DNA from: Kudoa neothunni
Lineage: Eukaryota; Animalia; Cnidaria
Reading direction: 5' to 3'
Assembly (NCBI GenBank): GCA_964304625.1
Contig: OZ199840.1
Span: forward strand, 2,846,630 to 2,910,629
DNA length: 64,000 nt
A program made the translations under genes and the position numbers. Each line of letters starts with the position of its first letter. The first letter of the stretch is position 1. Shown here piece after piece: positions 12,410-24,495 of this stretch. The notes beneath the pieces were generated by a model that made no database searches, was not told the origin of the DNA, and saw only the letters and a program-made list of their open reading frames with translations.

Positions 12410-14726
12410 TTAAGCTGACAAAGTGTACTATTTAACGAATGCCAACGGTTTATCGCCAGGTCGGTATAGATGATCGCCCTAGGAGATCTTTCGGCGGTAT
12501 CTTTTGTAATGAGGAGGACTCTATCCATTATCTCATCAATGTTGGTATTTTCAAATCACCGGATTACCGTATGAAACGTAATGTTACCAGTCATTCAATA
12601 CATCAAAAAAATTGGAGATGCTGTTCCAAAACTTGTAGAAAGGAAATTTCCATTTTTGAGTCACCATTTTTCAGTAATATGAAAATAAAACTTCATAATT
12701 TCTTGAATATGGTATATTATTAGCTAGTAGGTGTGAGAAGCGTTAAATAGGGTACAATTATGGGACACTCTTCTCGAACAATTACTAACTATTGTCATTA
12801 TCTTCGCCAGCTGGTAGGCGGATAGTCTGGACTTTAATGGCATAGTTATTGGAGGTGAAAACATAATTGTTGAGATTGATGAGTCCAAATTTGACAAGGT
12901 GAAATAGGGGTTAAGATCAGTTCGGTTTTTAACCGTCAGTTTTGGATTTTAAAAATCTATTGTTTAATTAATAAAATTTAGCTTCTATTATTAATTGATA
13001 CTGTATTTCAAACAAAGAATGACTAAAAAAGTAATCAATCACAATTTTACATATTTTTGGTAACGATAAAGTATGCGGCACCTATAAAACATTCTCTTGA
13101 GTATGTTTTTTGAATTTCTTTTTTCAAGATTCTTTATAATAAAATAAAAGAATATGGAGTGCAAAAATTCAGCTGAAAATAATAAATTCAAAATTATGAG
13201 AATTATTCATTCGAACGTGATCAGATACACGTGTAATCTCCATCCTATTTCAACAAACATTGAATTTTTGTTACTTTTTTAGTTATTAACTCAAAAGTTA
13301 TTTATTATTACTATTTAGATTTTTTAATATTGGACAGTGTATATTTGCATTCCCTTGGTGCATGCGCAGAGGATTAAAGCATTATCTCTATATGTGCTGT
13401 TACTCTTATATTAGTCATTCCAAATAAATAAGAATAATAGCTGCAAACGCCAAATAATATTTTTTATTGACTATTAAAACGGTGCGTCGTTTATTATCTA
13501 TCGTAAAAATTACAGTCATATTTACTCCATAAAACAATTTAATGTCAATTTTCATGTATTGGAGAAATAAAAGAAATGGTTAGATGACAATTACAAGAAA
13601 AACTCGTGTGAATATAGTTTTGTACGGTTTATTAGTGTTTCGCGTAATGAGTTCAGACGGCCACGATTTATTCAACAAACGATTCTGTTAATCTGATAAT
13701 TTAAAAAATCTGATAAAATACTATCAAAGATTTTAAATATATTCTAAAAGTGCTGACTCATTTTACTTCATTGTGAATGAAATATATTTGACCAATCCAA
13801 CGTATTTTCAGTATTTAGGAAAAACCCGGATTAATATTCAAAACATTTGGACTCATTTTCATCATCTCGATGCTTTGACATTTGAATCAAATACAAATAA
13901 CAGGGTTAAACAAGAGCATGACAAGATAAAAAATTGGTGCCAAAGTCATCGTTAATTCACCAAATCAATTCAATATGCAATTACTGTGAGACCATCCATG
14001 ATGATGATTTATAAAAAAATGATCTGATTCTTATGAAGAACAAAATTGATGATGATATTTCGGCAATAATAAATCGTTTGTCCAGTTTTGCTACCGATAA
14101 AATCAAATTAGAGACTCAAAATCTGAAATTATTATCAATTTGGAATTTAAAAAACCTGTTCTTTGTTTACATTGTATCTTTTTCAGCAATGATTACGTTT
14201 CAAGATAATATATACAAGTTTGTACATTTTTTCAACAATATTCACTCATGAAAATATTTAATTGCAAAGGTAAAATCTTTAATTTTGATTTCTGATTCTA
14301 TGTGCATTGGAAGGTGGTTTATACAAACAATGACATATTCATCGATAATAATGATGTGTGCAATATAACAGACGATGATATTTCAACAACTAAAAACTCC
14401 CCCGGTATTGATTCACAAAATATCGGCTTCAATATTTTACCAACCAATATACATTTAAAATCAAAGTTTAAAAGAAACAAAAAATTATGTTTTGAAATAT
14501 TAGATCAATTAAATACACTTGATTGTAGTCAATACTACGAATTTTACAAGAGCCTAAAAACTTAAAAGATCAGTACGAGAATAAAACCACATTTTCCATA
14601 AATCAACCTGTAGTAATCCCCCAATGAACAGAGACTGGGCTCCGCGCTAGCCCACTACATTATTGGGTGGAAATACTCTAGACGACAACAATCAGTGTTA
14701 TCGCCATAGCTTCTATTTCTATTATA

Positions 14727-16162
14727 TAGGGTTTCTCATTTATGCTCGGTACTTTTGCATTCAATCTCAGCACGTCTGTATTTAATCCCAGCACGTTTGC
14801 AATTGATCTCAGCACCTCAACAGTAGTATTCAAATTTTTTTAATATCTCGCTTTAGCTGAAAAAAGTTTTTTTTGTTAAATTATTTTTATATTATTAAAA
14901 GCTTGAATTCACTAGATGAACCCTAATAACAGAAATCATATCGTTGAATCTGAGAGCTCCATATCCGATGATATTGAAATTTCTAATATACCAACACACA
15001 AAGAAAAAAGAAAGTTGCGAAAAACTATTGCTTCCGACTTAAGAGAACAAATATTTAATTTCTGTTTAAGTGGAAGAAGTGATACTTACATTGCTTCCGA
15101 AATGCACCTACCAAGATCCACCGTGTGGTGCATATTATCAAAGTTTTGCGAAACCGGGACACTAGACGCAAAATCTAGAGGCGGAAAAAGACCTTTATTC
15201 CTCTCTCCTGATCAGAAGGAAAATATTATCAGGTGGGTGGACGATAACTCTCAAATTACGTTGAAAGAACTTAAACAAAAAGTTAATGACGAGTTTGGAA
15301 TAATAGTGTCCCTAAGCACGATAGACAGAGTTATCAGCAAATTTCATTACACTTTAAAATCCCTCGTAAGGGTTCCCGAGAGAAGAAATTGGGAGACGAC
15401 GCTTCAAAAGAGAATTGAATATGCTGAGATGTTCAGAGACTTAGAAACCAATGTACCACATTAAAGTATTGTGTTTCTCGACGAAGTCGGATTTTCAGTG
15501 TTCATAAGACCTAAAAGAGGTCGATCTTTGAGAGGAACTTCTGCATATTGTTTTGTTTCTGCAGCAAGAAGCAGAAACATATCTGTAGTTGCTGCAATCA
15601 ACAAAAAAGGCATCATATATAGTAAGATACACGAGCGAGCGTTTTCAGGTGAGGATTTTAAAATTTGTCTACAGGAACTAACATCCAACTGTGTATCAAG
15701 TGGTATTGATAATCCTGTTTTCGTTATGGACAATGCGAAAATACATCATTATAAGGGACTAAAGGAATTAATCCTTCAACAAAAATTCACAATAAGATAT
15801 TTACCTCTGTATAGTCCACTTCTGAATCCAATAGAGAATGTATTCTCTGTTTGGAAAAACCTAGTTATCCGCAGGCAATGTCAAAATGAAAACGAGTTGA
15901 AGAATGCGATAAATAAGTGTTTCCAAGAAATCACATCCCAACATTGTGACGGTTTCTATCGCAAAATGTTGGGTTACGTCACCAGGTCTTCTAGAGGCGA
16001 AATTATTCTAGAATAATAATTTTATTGAGGTTATTGGAATAAATATAATACATATTTTTTTCTCCGGTTCATGGTTTCTACGCATTCATACAAATTTAAA
16101 GACTAAACGCGAATACGCTTAATTTAAATTGCAAAAATGCCGAGTATAAATGAGAAACCCTA
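14727..16162 (+). mobile_element. Young IS630/Tc1-like DD34E element
   Basis: TIR TAGGGTTTCTCATTTAT(G/A)CTCGG with TA TSD, and three ~22-bp subterminal direct repeats (ATCTCAGCAC core) at 14761-14816. Confidence 0.95.
14916..16016 (+). pseudogene. Intronless DD34E transposase with a single in-frame TAA (15462-15464)
   Basis: ORFs 14916-15464 and 15471-16016 share one frame. Motifs FLDEVG, VMDNAKIHH and YSPLLNPIE, with 34 residues between the second D and the E. Confidence 0.92.
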
Positions 16163-19100
16163 TAATATAATTATAAGAACAAAAAGTCTTACCTATATTA
16201 TTTATTAACATCAATTGTTTCTTCGCGAAAATAAAACACAAAATGAAAAAAATTCCGACTCGTATAATTTCAATTTTCGTTCCATAGAAGTAAAACGAAG
16301 ACTAAAACAATAAAAAAACTGTGTTGATTATTAAAAGGTAGAAAAAATATTTTTATCATTTTATTCATTTTTCAAAAAATATTATTTATCGTTTTTGGCT
16401 ATTAGAGTTTTTCTGCTACAATTAATATAAGAGAAAAAGCACATTTAGAGGCAATGCTAAATCCTCTGCGTGTGCACCGAGGGAGAGCAAATGGACACCA
16501 TCTTAATATTGATATATAACAATTTTATATAAAGTAACTTTAAAAATAAACTAATTGCAGGTTTAACAAAAACATCTCATGTACCACTATAATAAAAATA
16601 CTTTTTGAATTTTAAAAAATAGATCTTTATGTCGTACAATTTGTTTTAGTTTATAATTTTTTTTCTTAAATTTCCTATTAGAAGTTAAAAATCTATTTAA
16701 TATTTATTATTAAAATTTAGAAACCTACTTTTTTAAAATGATAATAGAGTTTTTTACCTTCCAGTATCTGTAGTATTTAAAATGAAATAATACGCTATAT
16801 TCTTATTGTTTTGTATCCGTTTTTGTATCAAAATTTGGTAACAAATTCGGCAAAATAAATGAATTGGGAATTTTCCAAAATGTGAACTACGGTTATTATT
16901 TTTATTGTTACACATATAACAGAGTAAAACTAATAAATTTATAAAAATAACAACTCTTTGAATTAATAATAACAACATTTTTACGTTAATCGAATATTAT
17001 ACTAAACACACACGTAAGAATTCCTCTAATACAATAGAAACTTCATATGATCGACCTTAAGTTAGTTACCTATGGAAATTAAATGTTCATCTAAAATATA
17101 ATGTTTATTTATTATTAAAGAACTCATCAGTTCTAAGAAGATTGGGAAAATGTACTTCGAGAGCATGTGGTTATCTTCACGTTTTTAAACCATTCACTCA
17201 TAAACCCAATAAAAACATGTATTGATAAATTTGATATTGTAGAACTTGTTTTTATTTTGTAAAAAGTACGAAATAAAACCAATTTATGAATGATTCTCAA
17301 AACCAATTAGAGAATAATTCAATGTTTGTTGAAAGAAGATGGAAATTACATGTGTATCCGACTGCGTTCGGATGAAAAAATTCTTATAATTTTAGAGTCA
17401 TTATTTTGAGCTGAATTTTTTCTCTCCATACTCTTGTATCTTATTATCAAGAATCGTGAAAAAAGAAATGCGAAACGACGTGCGCAAGGGGGACATTCTT
17501 TAGGCGCATCATACTTTACTATTACTAAAAATATGTTAAAATGTGATTGATTGAAAAATTATTTTAAATAAATAAACGCGTTTCTAGAATATTAATGGGC
17601 CACAAAAAATTTTTGATAGTGGTATGTGCTTAACAGCGAATAAGTTTTTTGTTTATTAATACGGTGATTGTATCTGCTATTTGGAGCTATTTTGTTAAGC
17701 TTGCTAATGAAAAAGCAAAATGTAACAAATATGATGCATTACATACGTGCAAAAAAGGTTCGACTAATACATTGCATGCACACGCCAAATTATATGGGAT
17801 TGATTCAAAAAATAAGTTGTTGCAATCGCTGATATTTTTTATTGAAATTTAGAAGCATACAAATACAACCCGTTATTGAAAGTTCTGCGAGCGAAAGTCT
17901 TTTGGATCTTAAATTGGATAGTGATAGTACCAAATTAATCGCGATTGACAATATTCCCTATTTCCAAAATTGCAAAAAGTATCACCATAAGACTCTTGCC
18001 GAAAAAAGTTCATAATAAAGAGATCCCAGTATCTTATGATGCAATTTTCGATTCTTATATAAAAGTGGAAGCATCTATGGTGAGCAAGATAAAAAAAAAT
18101 GTTCTGATGCCAATTCGAGACCTGCACTCTGTTCTGATGAGTGGACGTCAAGGACGAAAAAAGGATTTCTTAATATTCAAGCATATTTCAAAGACAACAA
18201 AATTTCGCTCGGGGTTATTTGAATCATCGAAAAATGTACAGGCGTAGAATTGGCATCATTAATCAAAAACCAACTATCAAAATTTGGCTTTACGTCCTTA
18301 TTTATGTGTACCGATGGAGCGTCAAATATAGCAAAATGCGCCTTTGAGTTAGGTTTTCAGCGGATAAAATGCATTCTTCACGTTAAAATTTATGTAATTG
18401 GGTTATTAAGTGACAGATCTACATTAACATATACGATGTAAAAGACGCAATATATGAAGAATCTAATAGCCAGAAACCAAAAAATATCGAAACTATAACT
18501 GACGAGCTGGAGTTTGATGAGCAAGAATTGGTCCTTGTGCCAAGTTTCTTAGATATTTTATCTCGGGTCAGGTCAGTAGTTAGTTACTTTTCAAGATCTG
18601 GATTGGCCTCCGACACATTGAGAAAATCATGAGAACGAAAAGGCATTAAATACATATCACTGAATATCGATTGTGTGGCACGATGGTCACGTTGTTACGA
18701 TATGTTAGTTAAATTTGTGATGTTCGAGGCCATTGAGATGCTTACATGATTTTGGAAAAGGATTTGCTGATTGATAGAGATGAAATTATTTTAGTCAATG
18801 TAATTATCTATAAAGATATTGTAAAGATGCCTGAATGTTAAGGAATTAACATTATGTCTGGAAATTATGCATCGCGCCGTTCTCAAACTTTCAGAGTCAC
18901 TGATAAGGTTTGCACAATGTGACTTCATACTAACCAACAAAGTTGAGGATATCTCTCTCTTATTGACGGAACTATTTCAGAAAATTTAAAAATGAAATTT
19001 ATCGAACGACGCTCCACCTGGTCTGATATTTTCATGTTTTTAAGCTTCGATTCAAACATTTGTGAAAAGAGTTTATACTACAGAAGACCTTCAAATATTG

Positions 19101-20507
19101 AGCTACAAGAAGCAATTAATTTCATTGAACCGAATGATCAAATCCATAATAACTATGAACCTTCCGAAGCTGATATAGATTTAGACGATTTGATAAATTA
19201 CGCGGCCAGACCAAAAAAGTCCAAATATTATTCGGATTTCAACGAAATTACCAATTTTTTTAATCGGGGTGTGATGTCAGATCGTTTAGAAAGGATTCGT
19301 AAAATTCCTATAATATAAGGCCTACAAGTATTAACTCAGAAAGATGTTTTTCCCTATGCAACCATGTTATTTCCCCCTTGAGAACAAAACTGAGTGACTC
19401 GAAACTTGAGACCACTGTATTTATTTATGAAAATAGAAATAACTAAATTGAAATTTGAATTATAGAATTTTTTATGGTGTGTTTGAAAAAATTTTAACCT
19501 AAAATATTTATAACCGTTTTTAAAGGTAATTACAAACAATGTTAAATAATAAAATTAATAATAACAATAAAAGCTTATATAAAATTAAATTCTATTGTAA
19601 AATAATTCAAAATTTGTGTCGAAAAAGTATGTTTAAACAAAGAGTGACTAAAATAAGATTTCATTCTATCACATTTTTAAATTCTTGTTGTTTGCTCCAA
19701 AATTTACAATGATAATTGATAAAACTATTTACAACATCAAAAGCCGTTTTAGAAATAACCGAAACAGAACCGTCTTAATCCCTAAGGTGTAGCATGACAG
19801 AGGGCATGGCGTTAATGGAGCCTGGGTACTTGGAGGAATAGAAAGGATACTAGAACGAAATAAGTTTTTAATAGAGGTTCCTGACAGAACCGCCGAGACA
19901 CATCCAAAAAATTAAAACATACGTTCACTCTGGCTCCATTATCATAACTGACTGCTTCAAAAGTTATGGGGCATTCCATAATTTCTATCCTCATCTCAAA
20001 GTGAATCGTAGTATAGAATATGTGGATAGTACAGTCGCGTCTCGGTAATGCGTAGTAAATTTGGACCGCCAGCTTACTACGCAATATTGTGTCACGTGTG
20101 CGCATTATACAAAAAATCGATTAAACCATTTATTGGCTCCTTTTTAAACATAAACTCATTTATATAATGAAAAGGAAAGTTTTCTATTTTTTATTCCATA
20201 TTTAGAGAAATAGTCTACCATTTTTGTCTTCATTTTTCTTTCCTTTAGAATAGCTTATTTTCGATCCATAATAGGATGTAAATCGGACCCTATGGATCTT
20301 CGCTTATAAAGGTTTGTTTAAGAGTTCATAAGACTTCCTGAATTTTAGCTGTAGACACTTTTGCGACTAATTTATTTCCTTTTGACACTCATCATCAGAG
20401 TTACTGACGAATGACCCCCTATTAAAATAGACCACTAATAAAGTTTCTCCTTCATTCACGCTTTCGTTTGTTAGAAATGTTGTAACTAGAAAGTTTTTGT
20501 TCAATCT

Positions 20508-22930
20508 CAGTGGTGGACAAAGTGCGGCCCGCGGACGTGTTTTTAAGACTGAAAAATTGCACGATCATGTAAGTGTTTTCAAAATTTAGTAACACCAAGA
20601 CAGAATTTCTCTTCCATAAATAAATAACTTTTTCATAAATATTATAGATTTGCCAACGTTAATTTTACGCGATTTTATTATCTGACTTGATATTTTACCT
20701 ATGCTTATCATACGTAAAAGTGAATGAGGTAAGGTCTAATACGCTCTAAAAACAAAATAACATTTCATCAATTTTGGAAAAAACTAGTACGTGAGATTCA
20801 ATTTACAATAAAAAGAATTCAAAAATAACTAAATAATAGAAAAACATACGGACATGTGAAACTAATACATGAATTAGGTTTGACGCAATAAGAACCATAT
20901 CCTTATTTTCTATTATGTTCGTTGCGTTAACAAAATTCTCATTTATTACTATTTTTGAAAAGGGATAAGATCTATGTAATTTGTACAATTTTTTAGATAT
21001 CCTAAGGTTTTAAACTATAATTATTTATAATTGAGATGTATCAAAATTTGTCAGTTTGATGTAGGAATAGTTTTTTATTCATTTACTTAATATTCTCGAA
21101 TGATAACTCGCTCAAACTTCCTTTATTAATTGTAATTCGTCGACTCCACTTGTTTGTAGAATTAAACAAACATCCCCTTCCAAAAGCATACAGTTGTTGA
21201 CGAAAACCGTAATTATAATGATGATTGGACTCGAAAATATTTCTTCATCTATTCGTTGAATAAAGCGATGTGTTTGCTTTGTCTCGAATCAGTCGCCATA
21301 TTAAAGGAATATAACTTGAAACGGCATCACGAAACGAAACATGGGGAATTCAGTGAAAAAATCAACAATAACAACAGGGAACAGGCAGCCTTAAAATACC
21401 TTGAAAGTTATTAAAAGCAACTCAGTTCATTCAAAACGAAATCATTAACTCAAGAAAACGAATCTGAAATAAGTCTTATGATATCATATAACATTGCTCG
21501 GCGAAACAAACCATTTTTAGATGACGAATTCGTGAAAGAATGTATAATGGATTGTGTTGTCGCTGTTCGTCCGGAATTGAAAAAAATGTTTGAAAATATT
21601 CCATTATCAAGAAGGACAGTTGTGCGTCGTATAGAAATGATAAGTGAAAATTTAAGCCAACAAATAAAAGATATAAGCAAAGATTTTGTGTGTTATTCAT
21701 TAGCTTTAGATGAAAACAGATATTAGAGATCCTGCACAATTTCTTATTTTTGTATCACTGAAGAGTTACTTTCTATGGAACCGATGGAAAGTACAACAAT
21801 TGGGCGGGATTTTTTGAATGTGTGGTTAAAGCAGTTGAAAACAATGAATTACCTTGGAGTAAATTAACAAGCGTAACAACTGATGGCACTCGCTCTTTAT
21901 TGGGAAAGAATTTGGGAATGATTAAACTAGTGAATGAAAAATTTAAAAAAGAGATTCCCAACCATGCTTTTCTGTCATTTCACTGCATTTTGCATCAAGG
22001 AAGTTTGTGTAAATCTGCATTAAGTTTAAACCGCATTGTAACTCCAGTTATGAACGCAATAAACATCATTCGTTCACGAGCTCTGAATCACCGTCAGTTC
22101 AGATCGTTGTTAAATTATCTTGGTTCTGAGTACTGAGACGTTATCTACCATAACAATGTACGATGGTAAAGTTTAGGAAAAGATTTTATTATATGAAAGA
22201 CGAAATTAAGGCTTTTCTTAAAATGAAAGATTTTAATTGTGAGTTTATCCACAAAATAGACTGTGATAAATGGAGGTTTGAGTTTATGTTCGCAGTCGAC
22301 ATCTTAGAAAAACTCAACGAATTGAACCTAAAGTTGAAAGGTAAACAACTCATAGTTTATGAAATGTTCAACCACATTAAATCTTTTGAAGCGAAACTAT
22401 CCCTTTTTATAAATCAAATAAATGAAAGGAAACTTACCCACTTTCCATTGCTTGCAAAAGAAAAAGAGCCTCCGGTTATTCGTTTTAAAATAAAGTGCCA
22501 TCTGAAATCTTTATCAGATGAGTTCAATAGAAGATTTAAAGACTTCAACAGGTTGAACCAAAATTTCAAATACTCACATCGTTATTCTCTGTTGATGTGA
22601 ACACAGCTCTCGACGAGCTACAGCTTGAACTGATAGATGTTCAATCTGACAGTTTATTAAAAGAATTGTTTTTTGTTGTTCCATTAACAGAATTTTACAA
22701 TTCGTTATCTGCTAAGAGTTTTCCATGCCTTAAAAATTTCGCTTCCGAAATATTTTCCATGTTCTGATCAACCTATATTTGTGAGCAAAGTTTCTCCTGT
22801 ATAAAAATTAACAAAAACAAGAATAAGTCTTTGCTATCAGACAAAAATCTAGGAGCCGTACTCAGGATATCTTCAAACAACCTAAAACCGAACCTTAAGC
22901 TATTAGTTCATTCAAATATTTAGTAATTAT
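20508..22930 (+). mobile_element. hAT element of the Charlie/SPIN (GTF2IRD2-like) group, disrupted transposase ~21170-22920
   Basis: Left end CAGTGGTGGACAAAGTGCGGCCCGCGG. Motifs CLLC..KEYNLKRHHETKH, YSLALDE, TTDGT, FHCILHQ and STYICEQSFS. The right TIR is uncertain, with a candidate at 25316-25352. Confidence 0.9.
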
Positions 22931-23008
22931 TTTGCTTTATATTCTCGTTTTATTTAGCATCTGAAATGCAACACCAATCACTTCAGAGTTGAAGCTCTAT
23001 GACAAATA

Positions 23009-23037
23009 CTAGCGCAAAAGCCTCGCTTCGGGTGGGC
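23009..23037 (-). mobile_element. Possible Helitron 3' terminus
   Basis: Minus strand GCCCACCCGAAGCGAGGC (imperfect hairpin), a short spacer, then CTAG|T. Confidence 0.4.
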
Positions 23038-24472
23038 TTCATTGTCCGGCCACGCAGACTAAAGCCTTGAATAGGCCAAGTTCATTTTAAGTTCAAAGTC
23101 AATTATAATTATTTTATCGTTCTTTTGACGACAGTGTTATTCGATATAAACAATATTAACCTGATCATATTCACTTTCTTCTTCATTGGACTTTATTTTC
23201 ATTTAGAAATCATAAGTTCTTACAACTCGCGTGGCGTATTAATCGCTTTAACCAACCAGTTGATGAACTAACTAATCTAAAAGTTTGTTAACAATGTTGC
23301 ATTTAATGATAACGTACTAAAATTATTTTATGTTTATTTAGAAAATATTATCTTTAAATAAATGTGCAAAGTAAATAATTTATTCACGTATATTAATCTC
23401 ACATTTAAACAATAAATCTTCGTTTACGACGCGTGCACCGCCTGCGCGTCAACGAACGTTGTAAAACTTGTTAATTTAGTTTAAAGTGTAAAAAAGAGTA
23501 AACTTTTAAAGTTTCAGTTGTATTTACATACAGAAAATTAGAGTTATCTACGCCTATTATTGAATCCATTAGTAAATCACGTGTCGTAGTAATCTCAGTA
23601 CAGTGGGTGGCGTGTGGTAGTTCGTAATTTGAGGAAATATTACAAAATTAACGTACAAAAAAAATTATAATAAGTTATTTATTTCTCGAACTATTTGAAA
23701 ACATTTATTTGACCATTATGAATATAAATAAAATATTTTTGAATTCTTTAATTAATTAGGTTTTTTCTAGATTATTTTGTAGTGGCGTATGGTTCGTAAC
23801 TTTTTCAGATACGTCGAGATTTTTGTTTTCGATCTATGAAACGAGGAACAGAAATTGAGGTAGGACTTTAAAAGAGAAATATAAAATAATAAAGTTTTTC
23901 CAAAACCAGCGAAGGTGTGGAACATAAACAATATTGAAGATGACGCCAATATTCATGATTTTATAAGTGATGATAACTGTAACAGAGTTGACAAATTTTA
24001 TAAATTTTACGGCATAGGACGAAGAATTATTCCATTCAAAATTTTCCCCCCTCTCATCTGTCTGATTTAAGAAGTTACTTGAAATATCATAGTTTAAATA
24101 GTAATAAACATCAATAGGATATTGAACGAGAAATGCACAATATAATTGTCAGAAAACTTAAAAATATTGCTATCACTGAGAAATTTCCCCCAAAATAAAT
24201 TATCTTTATAGTTGATTTATAGCATTGTATCCTTCTTAGTATTGGGCGCGCAATCGTAGAAATTACGAACGAATGATCACCCATTGTATTGTCAGTACTA
24301 ATCTGCCTACAGAAAGTTTACACCATCGATTCACCACTTTGTAAGCAATCAGAAAGCTCCATTTTATTTTTTTAGTTAATTTTGTATTTTTTTTAAGTGC
24401 AAAAATAATCTCAAATACTAATGAATGTCTCTGTAAAAGATTTGTGCGTACACACACCGACACTATTACTTC

Positions 24473-24495
24473 ATATATATATATATATATATATA
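24473..24495. repeat. (AT)n microsatellite; similar tracts at 37011-37032 and 60466-60488
   Basis: Directly visible dinucleotide runs. Confidence 0.9.

Larger units (their letters stand above)
13033..17552 (+). mobile_element. Long-TIR MULE nested in the hAT, transposase relic ~13600-14565
   Basis: 13033-13270 is the diverged reverse complement of 17310-17552, and 13325-13470 is the reverse complement of ~16370-16510. Internal IWTHFHHLDALTFESNTNNRVKQEH is homologous to the 52-54 kb MULE. Confidence 0.75.
12905..19784 (+). mobile_element. hAT element with decayed zf-BED transposase (~17660-19420)
   Basis: TIRs TAGGGGTTAAGA and TCTTAATCCCTA, with degenerate 8-bp TSD AGGTGAAA/AGGTGTAG. Motifs SAIWSYF..AKC..GSTNTLHAH, TDGASNI, KCILH and DCVARWS. 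Confidence 0.88.
12439..20030 (+). mobile_element. Merlin/ISXO2-like (IS1595 family) transposase split by a hAT insertion (parts 12439-12904 and 19785-20030)
   Basis: WRCCSKTCRKEISI and IGGENIIVEIDESKFDKVK on the left rejoin HDRGHGVNGAWVLGGIER, EVPDRTAET and SIIITDCFKSY on the right. Confidence 0.88.

Noticed and set aside
14761-14816. Three ~22-bp direct repeats, CRISPR-like at a glance
   Set aside because: No spacers; these are subterminal repeats of a Tc1-like element in a eukaryote.
23422-23458. GC-rich hairpins here and at 57004-57021
   Set aside because: Isolated short stems, probably TE termini; no RNA family features.
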